This document shows, piece by piece, positions 1 through 11,612 of a DNA stretch of 64,000 bases. The DNA is from Octopus bimaculoides (lineage: Eukaryota). Position numbers and translations under genes: made by a program. The stretch is from contig NC_068983.1 of assembly GCF_001194135.2 (NCBI RefSeq), positions 118,594,632-118,658,631 of the forward strand, read 5' to 3'. How positions within the stretch are numbered: position 1 is the stretch's first letter; every line of letters starts with the position of its first letter. Under the pieces are notes generated by a model, which ran no database searches, had not been told where the DNA came from, and worked only from the letters and a program-made list of their open reading frames with translations.

Positions 1-33
<33 letters not shown>

Positions 34-490
34 CTACATGTGTATATATATGAATGTCAATATATTATATTTCTCGTGTGTGTGTGTGTGTATGAAAATA
101 AAGTTTATGTAGCATGTATATGTGTAACAACTGTAATTGGTATAAAGTAAATGTGGTGTTCTTGTCAGAAAGAAAAGTACATTGCAAACTTTCTGTGTTA
201 ACATCTGTAATAGCTACTAACTAAATGTTAGTCCATGTCTGGCTGGTAAGGAAAAAAAAGCTAAGAAGAAACAGATGGAAGGGGAAGGGGTCAAGTAAGA
301 TGGCATAGCAGTCAACAGTTAACATGTAAAGGGAATAAATGAGATGTCAGGATTCTGATTATGTTATAGCAGGTAAGAGTAGATGAAAAAAAAAACAACA
401 ACTCCATAGGTTTAAGGTTTTCATTTCCTCCTAGAGTTCTACAACCACTTGAGACCCGAGGAAAAAGATCTTCATTCTTTTGTTGTTTTA

Positions 491-753
491 GGTACAGGAA
501 TGGCTATGTGGTAAGAAGTTCGCTTCTCAGTTAAATGGTTTGGGGTTCAGTCCCACTGCATGGTACCTTGGGCAAGGCTGAGAAAAAGTCTAATGAATGG
601 ATTTGGTAGACTTGCTTCCCAATCACATGGTTCTGAGTTCAGTCCCACAGCATGGCACCTTGGGCCAGTGTCATCTGCTATAGCCTCATGCCAACCAAAG
701 CCTTGTGAGTGGATTTAGTAGATGGGAACTGGAAGAAGCATGTTGTGTGTGAA

Positions 754-802
<49 letters not shown>

Positions 803-996
803 TTGACCCCACTGTCGCTTGACAACTGGTGTTGGTGTGTTTACATCCTTGTAAATTAACGGTCCAGCAAAAGAGATTGATAAAATAAGAACCAGACTTC
901 ACAAAAAAATAAGTACTGGAACTGATTTGTTCGAGTAAAATTCTTCTAGGGGGTGCTTCAGCATGGTCACAGTCTAATAACTGAAACAAGTAAAAA
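491..996 (+). mobile_element. SINE family A (partly duplicated head); another 3' half follows at ~1010-1225
   Basis: Matches 43048-43496. The head segment occurs twice (~495-585 and ~611-670). Confidence 0.8.
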
Positions 997-1889
997 ACAA
1001 CAAAAAAAAGAGTGTGTGTGTCTTTGTGTTACCCCACTGTTTGACCATTGGTATTGGTTTGTTTATGTATCCATAACTTAGTAGTTCAGCAAAAGGAAAC
1101 AATAGAATAAGCACCAAACTTTAAGCAAATATGTGCGATGGTTGATTTGTTTGACTACAACCCTTCAAGGTTGTGTTCCAGCATAGCCACAGTCCAATGA
1201 CTGAAATAAGTAAAAGATAAAAAATAGTCTCAGATTAGCTCTGATTGAGCAGGTCAACAACCAGCTTTGACTATTTCATCATCTATTCAAATGCATTGTA
1301 CTCAGGATCACATTGTTAAATGTGAATTGCTCTCATTTTATTATTTCCTTTTCTTCTTGTAAGATTGTGTGGAGGCACAAGGCTTAGGGGTTAGGGTGTT
1401 GGACTCATGACCATAAGATTGTGGTTTTGATTCTTGGACCAGGTGATGCATGTGTTCTTGAGCAAAATACTTTATTTCATGTTGCTCCAGTTCACTCAGC
1501 TGTAGAAATGAGTTTAGCCTGGAGAGAGATGGGCTCCGCCAGGCTTTCTCACCCTAAATATGCTGCATGGCTGCAGCACTGCAACAGGGGTTAAGGGATT
1601 TGTCAGTTGTCAAGATTGTGTGATGTGAAGGTGATTTGGTTTGTATTTCTAGCTGGTTGATTGACTACATTGAGATACTTTCAGTGGTTATTCAACTAGC
1701 TTTGTATAACAACAAAAGTTCTCCATTAAAAAAAAAAAAATCTATCTTTGGTTAAAAAGAATCAAACTTTCAAGAGTAAAGAAAGCTGTGTCAATAAAAT
1801 ATCAGTCATCTAAGTGGGAGGATGGTGGTTCAAATCCGTTTGCTGCTGCTGCTATGTTGTGTGTATTGCCAAAGCATTTATCTATCAAA

Positions 1890-2259
1890 GTGGAGGCACA
1901 ATGGCCCAGTGGTTAGGGCAGCGGACTCGCGGTCATAGGATCGCGGTTTCGATTCCCAGACTGGGCGTTGTGAGTGTTTATTGAGAGAAAACACCTAAAG
2001 CTCCACGAGGCTCCGGCAGGGGATGGTGGCGAACCCTGCTGTACTCTTTCACCACAACTTTCTCTCACTCTTTCTTCCTGTTTCTGTTGTGCCTGTAATT
2101 CAAAGGGTCAGCCTTGTCACACTGTGTCACGCTGAATATCCCCGAGAACTACGTTGAGGGTATTTGTGTCTGTGGAGTGCTCAACCACTTGCACGTTAAT
2201 TTCACGAGCAGGCTGTTCCGTTGATCAACGTCGTAAGCGACGGAGTGCCAACAACAACA
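1890..2259 (+). mobile_element. Young tRNA-derived SINE (family E) with (CAA)n tail
   Basis: A box tggcccagtgg, B box ggtttcgattc. 12-bp TSD ttatctatcaaa at 1878-1889 and 2260-2271. Near-identical to 37869-38256. Confidence 0.9.
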
Positions 2260-2339
2260 TTATCTATCAAAAGCTCAGTTACTTTAAGCTGCAAGTAGGT
2301 GCTGAAAAGTAGCTTAGTTCAATACTATTGTTATCTCTT

Positions 2340-2580
2340 AAGGGTCAACCTTAATTTAACAGACTATTTCTAGCAGGTCAAGCAGTCAAGTAAGAGTATC
2401 TCAGTATGGCTGCTTGATTTTCTAGAAATAGCAATGAAATCTTTCTCAAATCACACCCTGCCATCTTAAATAAAGGACACATTAGATAATGTATTCTTGT
2501 ATATCCTTAGAAATGATTATGGAATGGTCATGGCTGGATTGCCTTTTGTCAAAGGCCTGCTCAATCAGGTTATTAAAACC
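2340..2580 (+). repeat. Unclassified interspersed repeat D (ctagaaatagcag..tcaaatcacaccct..atggtcatggctgg)
   Basis: Homologous pieces lie at ~34520-34815 (+), 24500-24650, 35570-35710, 44400-44490 and 62810-62980 (-). Confidence 0.6.
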
Positions 2581-2585
2581 ATCAT

Positions 2586-2750
2586 TCATCATCATCATCA
2601 TCATCGTTTAACATCCACTTTCCATGCTAGCATGGGTTGGACAATTTGACTGAGGACTGGTGAAACCAGATGGCTACACCAGGCTCCAATCTGATTTGGC
2701 AGAGTTTCTACAACTGGATGCCCTTCCTAACGCCAACCACTCCGAGAGTG
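2586..2750 (-). mobile_element. SINE family B, 3' fragment
   Basis: Near-identical to 49262-49410 (same pseudo-ORF MKPDGYTRLQSDLAEF). Other copies lie at ~3010-3370, 17720, 23520-23732, 30020-30210, 41128-41305, 57850-58185 and 59000-59300. Confidence 0.85.
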
Positions 2751-3804
2751 TATATAACATTCAGAATGTTATATACCAGATGAAAGATCAAGAGATATTA
2801 CCAACAATAGCAATTAACTTTCTAATTTACTCAAAACCTCATTTAATGCATTGCTTCCGTAAAGCTGGGCATCTCTGTTAAACAAATTTAGGATTTATAT
2901 CAGTGTTTCTCAACCACTTTTTTTTTTACCTATGAACCTCTTTGATTCCTATTTTACTTTATTGGAACCTCATAGCCATTTAGTGTTTAAAAAAATCCTT
3001 TTATATTTTTCATCATCATCATTTAACGTCTGTTGTTCATGCTGGCATGGGTTGGACAGTTTGACCAAAGCTAACAAGCTGGGAAGCTTGTCCAGACTCC
3101 AGTCTGATTTGGCATGATTTCTATGACTGGATGCCCTTCCTAACTATTTATAGAGTATACTGGGTGCTTTTATGTGGCACTGCATGGGTGTTTTTATGTG
3201 ATGCCACTTGGGTACTTTTACATGGCACTGTCACAAGTGCTTTTCGCTACCATAGGGATGGACTTTAACACTTCTGCTGTGGAGTACAGGTCTTCTTGAG
3301 TACAACAAGGTGCCAGGCATCTCGGTCCTTTGTCATCTTGTCTGAAAGGTTCAACATCCTGAGGTTGTTCTTCAGTACTTAAATATTATTAGTAATTGTA
3401 TATAAATAATTATCAAAATATTTTGTGTATTGTGGGAGTATAACCAATTTATTGCACATAATTTTTAACAACAAAATCATGTATGGACACTCAAGAGTCA
3501 TATGGACACCCCCAAATTCAAATTAAACCTAAAGTAAGATAGGTTTAATACAAAACAGATTAATAAATTTAAACTAATGAACAAATGCTTTGATGATGTC
3601 TAATATAAATAATGTTATAAATACAGATTTGTGGCGTATTTTGTTTCATTTGTCTACATGATTAGATTTTCCTTTTATTTTCTTCAAACAAATCTTAATT
3701 ACTCTGAAACATTTTAAGATTTCAGTTAAAGATATTTGATTACTTCTGCTATTATCAACCTCTCAACAAGCCAGGTTATCTAAGTGCTATCTTTATTTTT
3801 CACT

Positions 3805-4030
3805 GGCAAGTGTGTTTGTGCATGTACATGTGCATATATATATGTATGTATGTGTGTATATGTGTGTATGTATGTATGTATGTATGCATGTATGTATGTA
3901 TGTATGTATATACATACACACGCATACATATATATATATATTCATATATATATTACACACATACACACATACATATTCATGTATGTATGTATGTATGTAT
4001 GTATGTATGTATGTATGTATGTATGTATGA
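3805..4030. repeat. (TATG)n / (TA)n / (CA)n compound microsatellite
   Basis: Directly visible. Many other (TA)n, (CA)n and (GA)n tracts occur, e.g. 1-90, 15615-15680, 29565-29650, 42751-42845, 55000-55975 and 56525-56610. Confidence 0.95.
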
Positions 4031-4588
4031 ATGTATTAAACTGGCATCATTAAAACCAAGGTCAGTAGATGTTGAGAAAATTAGTGAGGGTTTTGTGTCA
4101 GCAAACACTAAGTACAAAATGTTCATAAATTAGAATAAATTATTTTGCTGTGAGGAAGAAGAGAAGCCTAACGTTTAGGTAACATCAATAATATAACATA
4201 GAACAGCTTAGTTTATGAAATTTCATTTTTGCTTTTTTTTTTTAAAGGGGGTCTATTAGTACTCTAATATCTCAGTAAAGAACTGCAAATGGTATGTGGA
4301 TATGTAAAGGGGAGAGAGCTACTAGGGTAACAAATATCACAATAAACAACTATGAATAGTGGAAGTTCTTTTTAGATAGTCATATTACAGTATGTAAGAA
4401 AGAAACCTACAATCTCAGTGCAATAACCTTCATTAATCTGTGTTAGCCTAACGAAACAAGTCAAAAAATATCATGAAAGAATCTTCATGGTTTACATAAT
4501 ATCCAATAGTAGCATAAAGTTGAACAAAAATTGAGCACAAAACATTAGAAAAATTCAGCAAAATGAGACACAAACTTACAAATGTATA

Positions 4589-4960
4589 GGCACAGGAGTG
4601 GCTGTGTGATAAGAAGCTTACTTCCCAACCACATGATTTTGGGTTCAGTCCCACTGCATGGTGCCATGGACAAGTGTCTTTTACTAAAGCTTCAGGTCAA
4701 TCAAAGCCTTGTGCATGAATTTGGTAGACGGAAACTGAAAGAAGCCCATTGTATATATGTATATATTTGTGTGTGTGTGTGTGCTTTTGTATCTGTGTTT
4801 CTCCCCTCCCACCACTTGACAACTGGTGTTGGTGTACTTATGTCCCCATAGCTTAGTGGTTCAACAAAAAAGAGCAATAGAATAGATACCAGGTTTAAAA
4901 AAAAAAAGTACTGGGGTCAATACATTCGACTAAAAATTCTTCAAGGCAGTGCCTCAGCAA
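4589..4960 (+). mobile_element. SINE family A
   Basis: Matches 43048-43496. Confidence 0.85.
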
Positions 4961-6659
4961 CCAAATAATAATTCCTCAACTCACCTTAGACCATCATTGT
5001 CACATCTCACTCACACAGTAAAAACATTCTTGCAAACTTCAAAAAAGCCCAGTTGAACTACATTCACTAAGAGACAGATTTTAGTAACGCCATAGTCATT
5101 AACATAGATACTAAGGTATGCTTCTATTTTTATTTGTTGAAAAATAAAAATAGAAGCAACCAAAAAAAAAAGAGAAAAAAAAATATAACCAAGCCAAAAA
5201 GGCCACACACACTCACACACACAAAAAAGAACTAACGACACAACTGAAATTGTTAACCAACATAAACTAAAGGCAGCCTCAAACACAACACACCACACAC
5301 ATCAAAAATAAACTCAACTTCAAGAAAATAAACAAGGTTTGAATTTTTCCATATGTTTTCCCCCTTTTAGAAAGGTTCAATTCTTGTTTATTTTCTTCAT
5401 GTTGTTCAATCACTCCAAATACCAGACACATGTTCAATCACCTCCTAACACACAGACACGTGTTTCACTCTTCAGTCCCCCAACACAACTACAGCTCACC
5501 CAGAACACTGGTACAACAGTATTTTAAAAACTCTTTCTCTCTCTCTCTCTCTCGGCCCATACCAAACATCAAAAGTACACAAAAATAGCAACAACATGAA
5601 TAATAATCTTACAACCTTATAAAGACCTGTGAACACTATGACTGTACAAATGCAGAAGACCAACAAATCTCATATTCTGGCTGAGTCCATTTTCTGTGTG
5701 TATGTGTGTGTGTGTGTGTGCCTCTTTCTCTCAGGCTACTATACGAAATTCCTATGTGACATAGATCAGTTTAATCATTTAGCTCTGTTTGCCAAGGCTG
5801 GCAAAGTCTATAGTACCAGTAGATAATATAGGTATGTAGGATCAAATTTGATCTATCATTCAACCAACTATGTAGCATAAATTTGTTTAATCATGTCTCT
5901 ATGTTCAGTCAGGATAGATGGCAGTTGCACACAGCAACCAGTAGTAATAGCAGAGGTCAAGCATAATGAGATTACAACAGAAGACAAGCTAGCTAATGTG
6001 ACATTATTACAACAGTAGACTTATTGTAGAATATATTCTTATGATTTTATATTTAAAGTGTACCAGGTTGTGAATTTAGCAGATTATTTAAAATAAAATA
6101 CCTGTCTGTAAGCTACAACAATTTGTTATAAGTGAACATCAACTATATTAACCCTTTCATTACCGTGTTTCTATTGAAAAAACCTGCCTTTATTTCAATT
6201 AATTTTGAAAATAATAAAGAATTTAGTTTGTATTGTAGAACCAAAAGTAGTCTCAGGTTTGCACTTACAAACATTTTTTACATACACTTACTCAAATACA
6301 TATATTGATAAGCAAAACTCATTTTGTATACACACAAAGTTACATATGGTCTAGTAAACCCATGATCAATACCGTACCCTTACTTTCTTTTTGGAGTTAT
6401 GTAGGATTACATTTGTCAGTATGTCCTTTCTTTATTTGAACTGGTAGGGTATAAGTTGAAGGAATTTAGTTGCTATTCCTAGCAGGTCAATATTTTAGTT
6501 ATTTTCCAAATTTTATCATTTTTATTTAATCCCTGTAGCTACATTATATATTGCGAGTTATGACATGGCAATCAACATTCGATATTACGCAGTAAGGTGA
6601 GAGTACTTTGAATTGTATTGTCAGCTGCCTATACCATTTACTACCATGTCGAGTCTTAG

Positions 6660-6845
6660 AGATTCATGTGAGAAGAACTAGGGGAAAAGACACGCCAAGG
6701 AAAACATGAAATGACACTGAACCTCACAAAGGAAATGAGAAAGGAATGCACCAAGTGGATAGTTGCTGTGTTGGAGAGGACCTCTCCAACATATGCAATC
6801 TTGAAAAACATAGATGTAAAACTGATGAAGATGATAATGATCAAG
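6660..6845 (+). mobile_element. RTE LINE 3' end fragment
   Basis: ggggaaaagacacgccaaggaaaacatg..LNLTKEM..AVLERTSPTYA.. then a (GAT)-type tail. Confidence 0.5.
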
Positions 6846-7498
6846 TACTACATTTGATAGCATATTAATTGCTTAAATACATATATATAAACAAAACAGG
6901 AAAGTGGAAATTTTTTGGTATTATCTATCCTCCATTACAAGTGTTTCATTTGCTAATAGGAATTACAAAGATTTACATGTTCAATAGACATGTAAGAAAT
7001 TAACTATTAGAAATTCTTCAGATAGAGTAAAATTATATTACAAAAATAACATTTGGATGAAGCCAATAACATTTGGCTATTTTTAAAGAAGGAAGATTTT
7101 CAAATGACATTAGAATTTTACTGATATTAAAATGGTCACTTGTAACAAACAATCTTTGGTTTGGGGAAGTAAATGTTTATGAAAAGCACTAAATTAAAAC
7201 ATCGTTATCATCATCATCATCCTGTAATGTTCGTTTTTCATGCTGGCATGGATTGGACTTTTAATTAATATTATTGAGAAAATATGCTCCCCACAATAGC
7301 AGCAACATGAACTTATTGCTGATCAAAAAAACCTAGATACCATGATTTATTCAAAATTAAGTAGGTGTAGAAACATAACATTCTAAATCTAAATTTTAAT
7401 TGGAAAGTTGTGTCAATATAGAACCACTTAGTTCTTTTATATTTATAAACTACCTAGTTTTTTTTATTTTTAAAAAATATTTTCATTTCTTATTGGTG

Positions 7499-7735
7499 TG
7501 GAGGTATATGGCTTAGTGGTTAGGGTGTTGAATTCATGACTGTAAGATTGTAGTTTTGATTCCTGGACCAGGTGACGCATTGTGTTCTTGAGAAAAATAC
7601 TTCATTTCATGTTACTCCAGTTGACTCAGCTGGCAAAAATGAGTAATCCTGCAATGGACTGGCGTCCCATCCATGTGGGGAATATATATGCCATGGAAAC
7701 CGGTCCTATGAGTCTATATGACTCAGGAAGGATCT
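7499..7735 (+). mobile_element. tRNA-derived SINE (family-F head plus Meta-like central domain)
   Basis: tggcttagtggttagggtgttg..gattcctggacc head, then gagtaatcctgcaatggactggcgtcccatcc. The similarity to the MetaSINE domain is from recall and unverified. A related 3' part lies at 56052-56150 and a related head at 1371-1513. Confidence 0.7.
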
Positions 7736-8380
7736 TCACCCCCTTTTTTTTTGTGGTGGTCACCATAGATACAACTGGGAAACAGATTACAATGCATGGT
7801 TTTTTTTTAAGTACTTGCATCCACATAAACAAATGCGCACACTCACATACACACCTTTTTCTTTTTGCTATCTAACTAATAATTCAGGAAAATTTCCAAT
7901 TGCTTTGGTGGAATTTCATGATATGTTCTTAGTAAAAATAAAAAAAAAGTTTGCAATTCAGTTTTTGATTCTCAGTTGTAACAATTTCTATATACTTATG
8001 TCAATGTGTCTTTATGAAATATGTGAATAACACAAATTATAAACAAGAAAGGGTGCAGCACTGAATATGTCTCTTGAAAGCAAAATGAAACAAGCTTAGA
8101 ATATGCAAAAACAATTTTTTCTTTTTAAAACAAAATTCAAACACAAATAGGCAGAAAAATATAAGAATGAAAAAAAGAGATACACAAACACATAGACAGC
8201 AATGGTCTGATGAACAACATGACCGAAAGTAACAATAGTAGTGTCAGTAACAATAGTGTACACAACATCATCAACATTTAATGTTTACCATGCTGGTGAT
8301 GGGTGGTGGTGAGGTAACATGATTAACATATAAAATTGTACTTATTGTAGTAATTATATAATATCCTTTTACTTTTATTT

Positions 8381-8763
8381 TTCTACTTATTTCAGTCATT
8401 TGACTGCAGCCATGTTGGAGCACCGTCTTAAAGGGTTTTAATCAAAGAAATTGATTCCAAGATTTATTCTCTGTAATCCTAGTACTTATTCTATCGGTAT
8501 CTTTTGCTGAACTGCTAAGTTATGGGGACATAAACTCACCAGCATCAGTTGTCATGTGATGATGGAGGTCAAACACAGACACACACACATACATACATAT
8601 ACTACAGGCTTCTTTCAGTTTCCGTCTACCAAATCCACTCACAAGGCTTTGGTCGGCCCAAGGCTATAGTAGAAGACACTTGCCCAAGGTACCATGTAGT
8701 GGGACTGAACCCGGAACCATGTGGTTGTGAAGCAAGCTACTTACCACACTGCCACGTCTGTGC
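8381..8763 (-). mobile_element. SINE family A (reverse)
   Basis: Reverse-complement match to 43048-43496. Confidence 0.85.
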
Positions 8764-9575
8764 TTATGCTTGATAATACTATGCTTAATACTTGATGATA
8801 TTAGTAAATGTTATTGGAATAAAATGAGAGATAAGTATATATCTTAGCTAAAGACATGTTTGAACAAGAATAATTAATTTTTGATGTTATATTTGTCTTG
8901 GATAGTATCTTTTAGGCAGGCAGTATTGCTTGTTTTCTTCATATATAATAATCTCCATTACATTTAAGTTTAATGACATAATTATATACAATTGTTGTGT
9001 ATGTTACCCTTTTAAAAACTTAGAATGAGTGGAAAAAGAAAGTGCCATCAATACTCAAGTGAATATTTGAAATATAAAATTATTCCATCTATAAATAGTG
9101 AGCAATTGTCACTATGTTGAATATATGTGAAAAAAAACAAAACAAATTATTCTCAAATGCAAAAATCATTGAACATTTACAAAAAAAAAACCCCCCAAAA
9201 AATTCATTCTAATAAAGCCAGAAAAGATGAGGACTACTTTCACCAAATGAAAAATGATTTTAAAAACTTCCAACTTTCAAAGGGTTGTTTACCAAACAAA
9301 CTGAACAAATTGTGAAGTGTTTGGTTATGACTTAAAAACTTTCAAAACTAATTATGAAACATGGGGAAACTATGTCCATGACACTTTTCAGGACTTCCAA
9401 GAGCAGAGGAAAAAGTTATTTTCAGACAAAGGACTTGGTCCAAATGCTTGCTACAGAGTAGGTTCTGGAAAAAGCAATTCTGGACAGGTTGTAATGTTAA
9501 ACACATTAACTGATTAAATATAATAACCTAGTTGTTTGTGTTACTCTCTTGATATTGGTGTTACTGCTGGGTAAA

Positions 9576-9770
9576 GTAGAGCTAGTGCAACTGTATCAAG
9601 ACAATTACCCCACTAGGACAATTACCCCCAAAGGATATTCCCCGATGACAACTACCCCCAGGACAATTACACCCCTTTTGGTTAAATACCCTCTCTCCAA
9701 TATATTAAGAAGCTTTAAATCATCGCCTGTTGTCCTCAGGGGTAATTGTCCTGGGGGTGGTTTTGTCCAT
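9576..9770. mobile_element. Short element with repeated subterminal ggacaattacccc motifs in inverted arrangement
   Basis: Four direct motif copies at 9599-9675 and inverted copies at 9738-9768. Flanking 11-bp direct repeat tgctgggtaaa at 9565-9575 and 9770-9780. Confidence 0.55.
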
Positions 9771-10126
9771 GCTGGGTAAAAGTCCTAGACTCAGTGCAAC
9801 AACACTTTTTTGGTGATCCAGGTTCATAAAAGGGCAGAATTCAGTATTGCATGGTAATGAAATACTAATTAATTAAACAATGATTTGGCTGAATACATTG
9901 GTTAGATGTATATACCTATTTCAGTGAGGTGAATTTAGCCACTATAATTTAAGTTTTTGCTATTTAGATTCAGCACAGAGTAGGTGGCTAGATACTAATC
10001 ACTGGCTCTTGTGACAGTTGCCAACGGGGATGAAAAGATTACAAACAACAACTGCTGGATTGTTGTATATACATATTTTATAGCAATATATTAATCATGG
10101 GGAGGTATTAAAAGTATTCAACTTAC

Positions 10127-10272
10127 GTGTAACAATTAAAAAAAAATCCTTTAAATATTTTTTTCCTCTTATGTCGATAGCACATGTGTAAGTTCCAGTG
10201 TGCGCTGATGTAACTTTCCTTATCCGAAGAGTTGATCTTTGATAAACTTTTTTAGTTTTTTTTTTTTTGAAC
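10127..10272 (-). CDS. Internal coding exon: C-terminal half of the same Ig domain
   Basis: Acceptor ttgtttcattatcttcAG| at 10273 and donor |GTAAGT at 10126. 146 nt, phase 2 to phase 1, in frame with the 14101-14260 exon: FKKKKTKKVYQRSTLRIRKVTSAHTGTYTCAIDIRGKKYLKDFFLIVT (E-strand LxI and F-strand GxYxC motifs). Absent from the ORF track. Confidence 0.9.
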
Positions 10273-10505
10273 CTGAAGATAATGAAACAATTTCAGTTAG
10301 TATCATGTCAAAATATAAAATAGATAAATATATAAATGCAGCCATAAAGACATTTTAGGGCATAAAAACTTAATATAAAAGAACAAACTTTCTTGTATAA
10401 ACAGAATGACCTTGCTTAAAACAAGTGATAGGAAGTCAGTATTGAGAATTCACTCCAAGCAGTGAAGAGAAAGTTCTTGTGTTCATGTTAAGCACTACAC
10501 TTTGA

Positions 10506-10706
10506 TTAACCCTTCAGCATTTAAATCAGCCATATCTGACTCAAAACCAACCAGATCTGGCTTCTCACACTTAACTTTCAAGGTCATTCTCAAAATAATT
10601 ACATTAACAAAAACTCAAAGCTATGAGATAATGCATGATTAATTGAAAATAATAGGAATAAATAAGCATTATATTTTATAGAATAATCTGAATGCTAAAG
10701 AGTTAA
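10506..10706 (+). mobile_element. TTAA-flanked MITE family M1 (piggyBac-like ends)
   Basis: TTAA-cccttcagcatt...aatgctaaagag-TTAA terminal inverted repeats. Lies 234 bp from the Ig exon 2 acceptor. Confidence 0.85.
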
Positions 10707-11059
10707 TCATTTGTTTCAGTGTGTGAAAGTAAATATGATATTTATAACATAAAAATATGCTTAAAACACATTTAGTCCTGCTGCTAAATAATGATACCAA
10801 AATTTTCTTCTATAAATACTCAAAGGATATTTCATTTATTCATCAGACAGAAATCTAAAAGTTTTGTTTTTACATCATTGCATAATGCTTTTTGTAACTA
10901 TATTGTATTCTCGTTTCTTTTTATCAACAGAGATTAAAAGAATAACAGACAAAAGTATGGGATTGATACAAGTAGCTGAAATTCTTAAAACAGTTATAAA
11001 ATAAATTCTTTCAAATAATTGGAGGGTTGTTTAAAAGTGGTTGACAGCTTCTGTTACTT

Positions 11060-11612
11060 AGGTCATTTAATTAGAGTAGAGAAGAGAGTTCTAAAAGTAT
11101 AGAAGCTAGATTAAAAACAGAGAAGAAAAAAATTCAAGGTGATTTTAGCTCTGCTGGCATCAAAAGTATTTTCTGTAAAAATGCTGAACAAATTATATTA
11201 TGCTTGAGTTCAAAGTGCAGTATTGCATGGTCATGAAATATGGACATTAAAAGCAAGTGAGCATGTTCTACTGGATTTGTAATGATGATAATATACATGA
11301 ATGATGAGGAAAAAAATAATAATAAGAGCTGAAAGAAACAACTGGGTTCAAAAGGAATCAGATATAAAATGCTTGAGAAAGACTGAGTTGAAATAGATAT
11401 GTGATGCAGATGGAGAATGACAGTAGGATAAAATATACCAAGTGATTTAGAGCTGGGATGAATCTGTGAAAGAGGAATACTGAGGCAGACATAGAAAGAC
11501 AAAATAGAAGCTAATCTCAAGAGATGACAAAAGACTGCAAGAAATGCTGAGAAACTGTGTTGGAGATCTGTTTTTCCTTGCTAGCATGGAAAACTGGAGT
11601 ATGATGATGACA
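11060..11612 (+). mobile_element. RTE-clade LINE 3' remnant
   Basis: Decayed KLYYA*VQSAVLHGHEIWTLK.. (RTE-type Y.A.VRS..L.G.ETW), ending ctagcatggaaaactgg..atgatgatga, the same tail as SINE family B. Confidence 0.65.

Noticed and set aside
1890-1970. tRNA-like sequences at SINE heads as tRNA genes
   Set aside because: No acceptor stem closure, and they continue into SINE bodies with TSDs.
5011-5298. 95-aa hydrophobic ORF resembling a multi-pass membrane protein
   Set aside because: GTG start with an in-frame stop two codons upstream; the hydrophobicity follows from T/G-rich composition.
8200-8235. ggtc-tgatgaacaacat-gacc-gaaa as a hammerhead
   Set aside because: CTGATGA lies inside the putative stem loop rather than before stem II, and no stems I/III exist.
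1-10126. Search for an EGF-domain exon downstream of the Ig exons
   Set aside because: No six-cysteine EGF pattern was found on the minus strand by eye, so no gene symbol is assigned.
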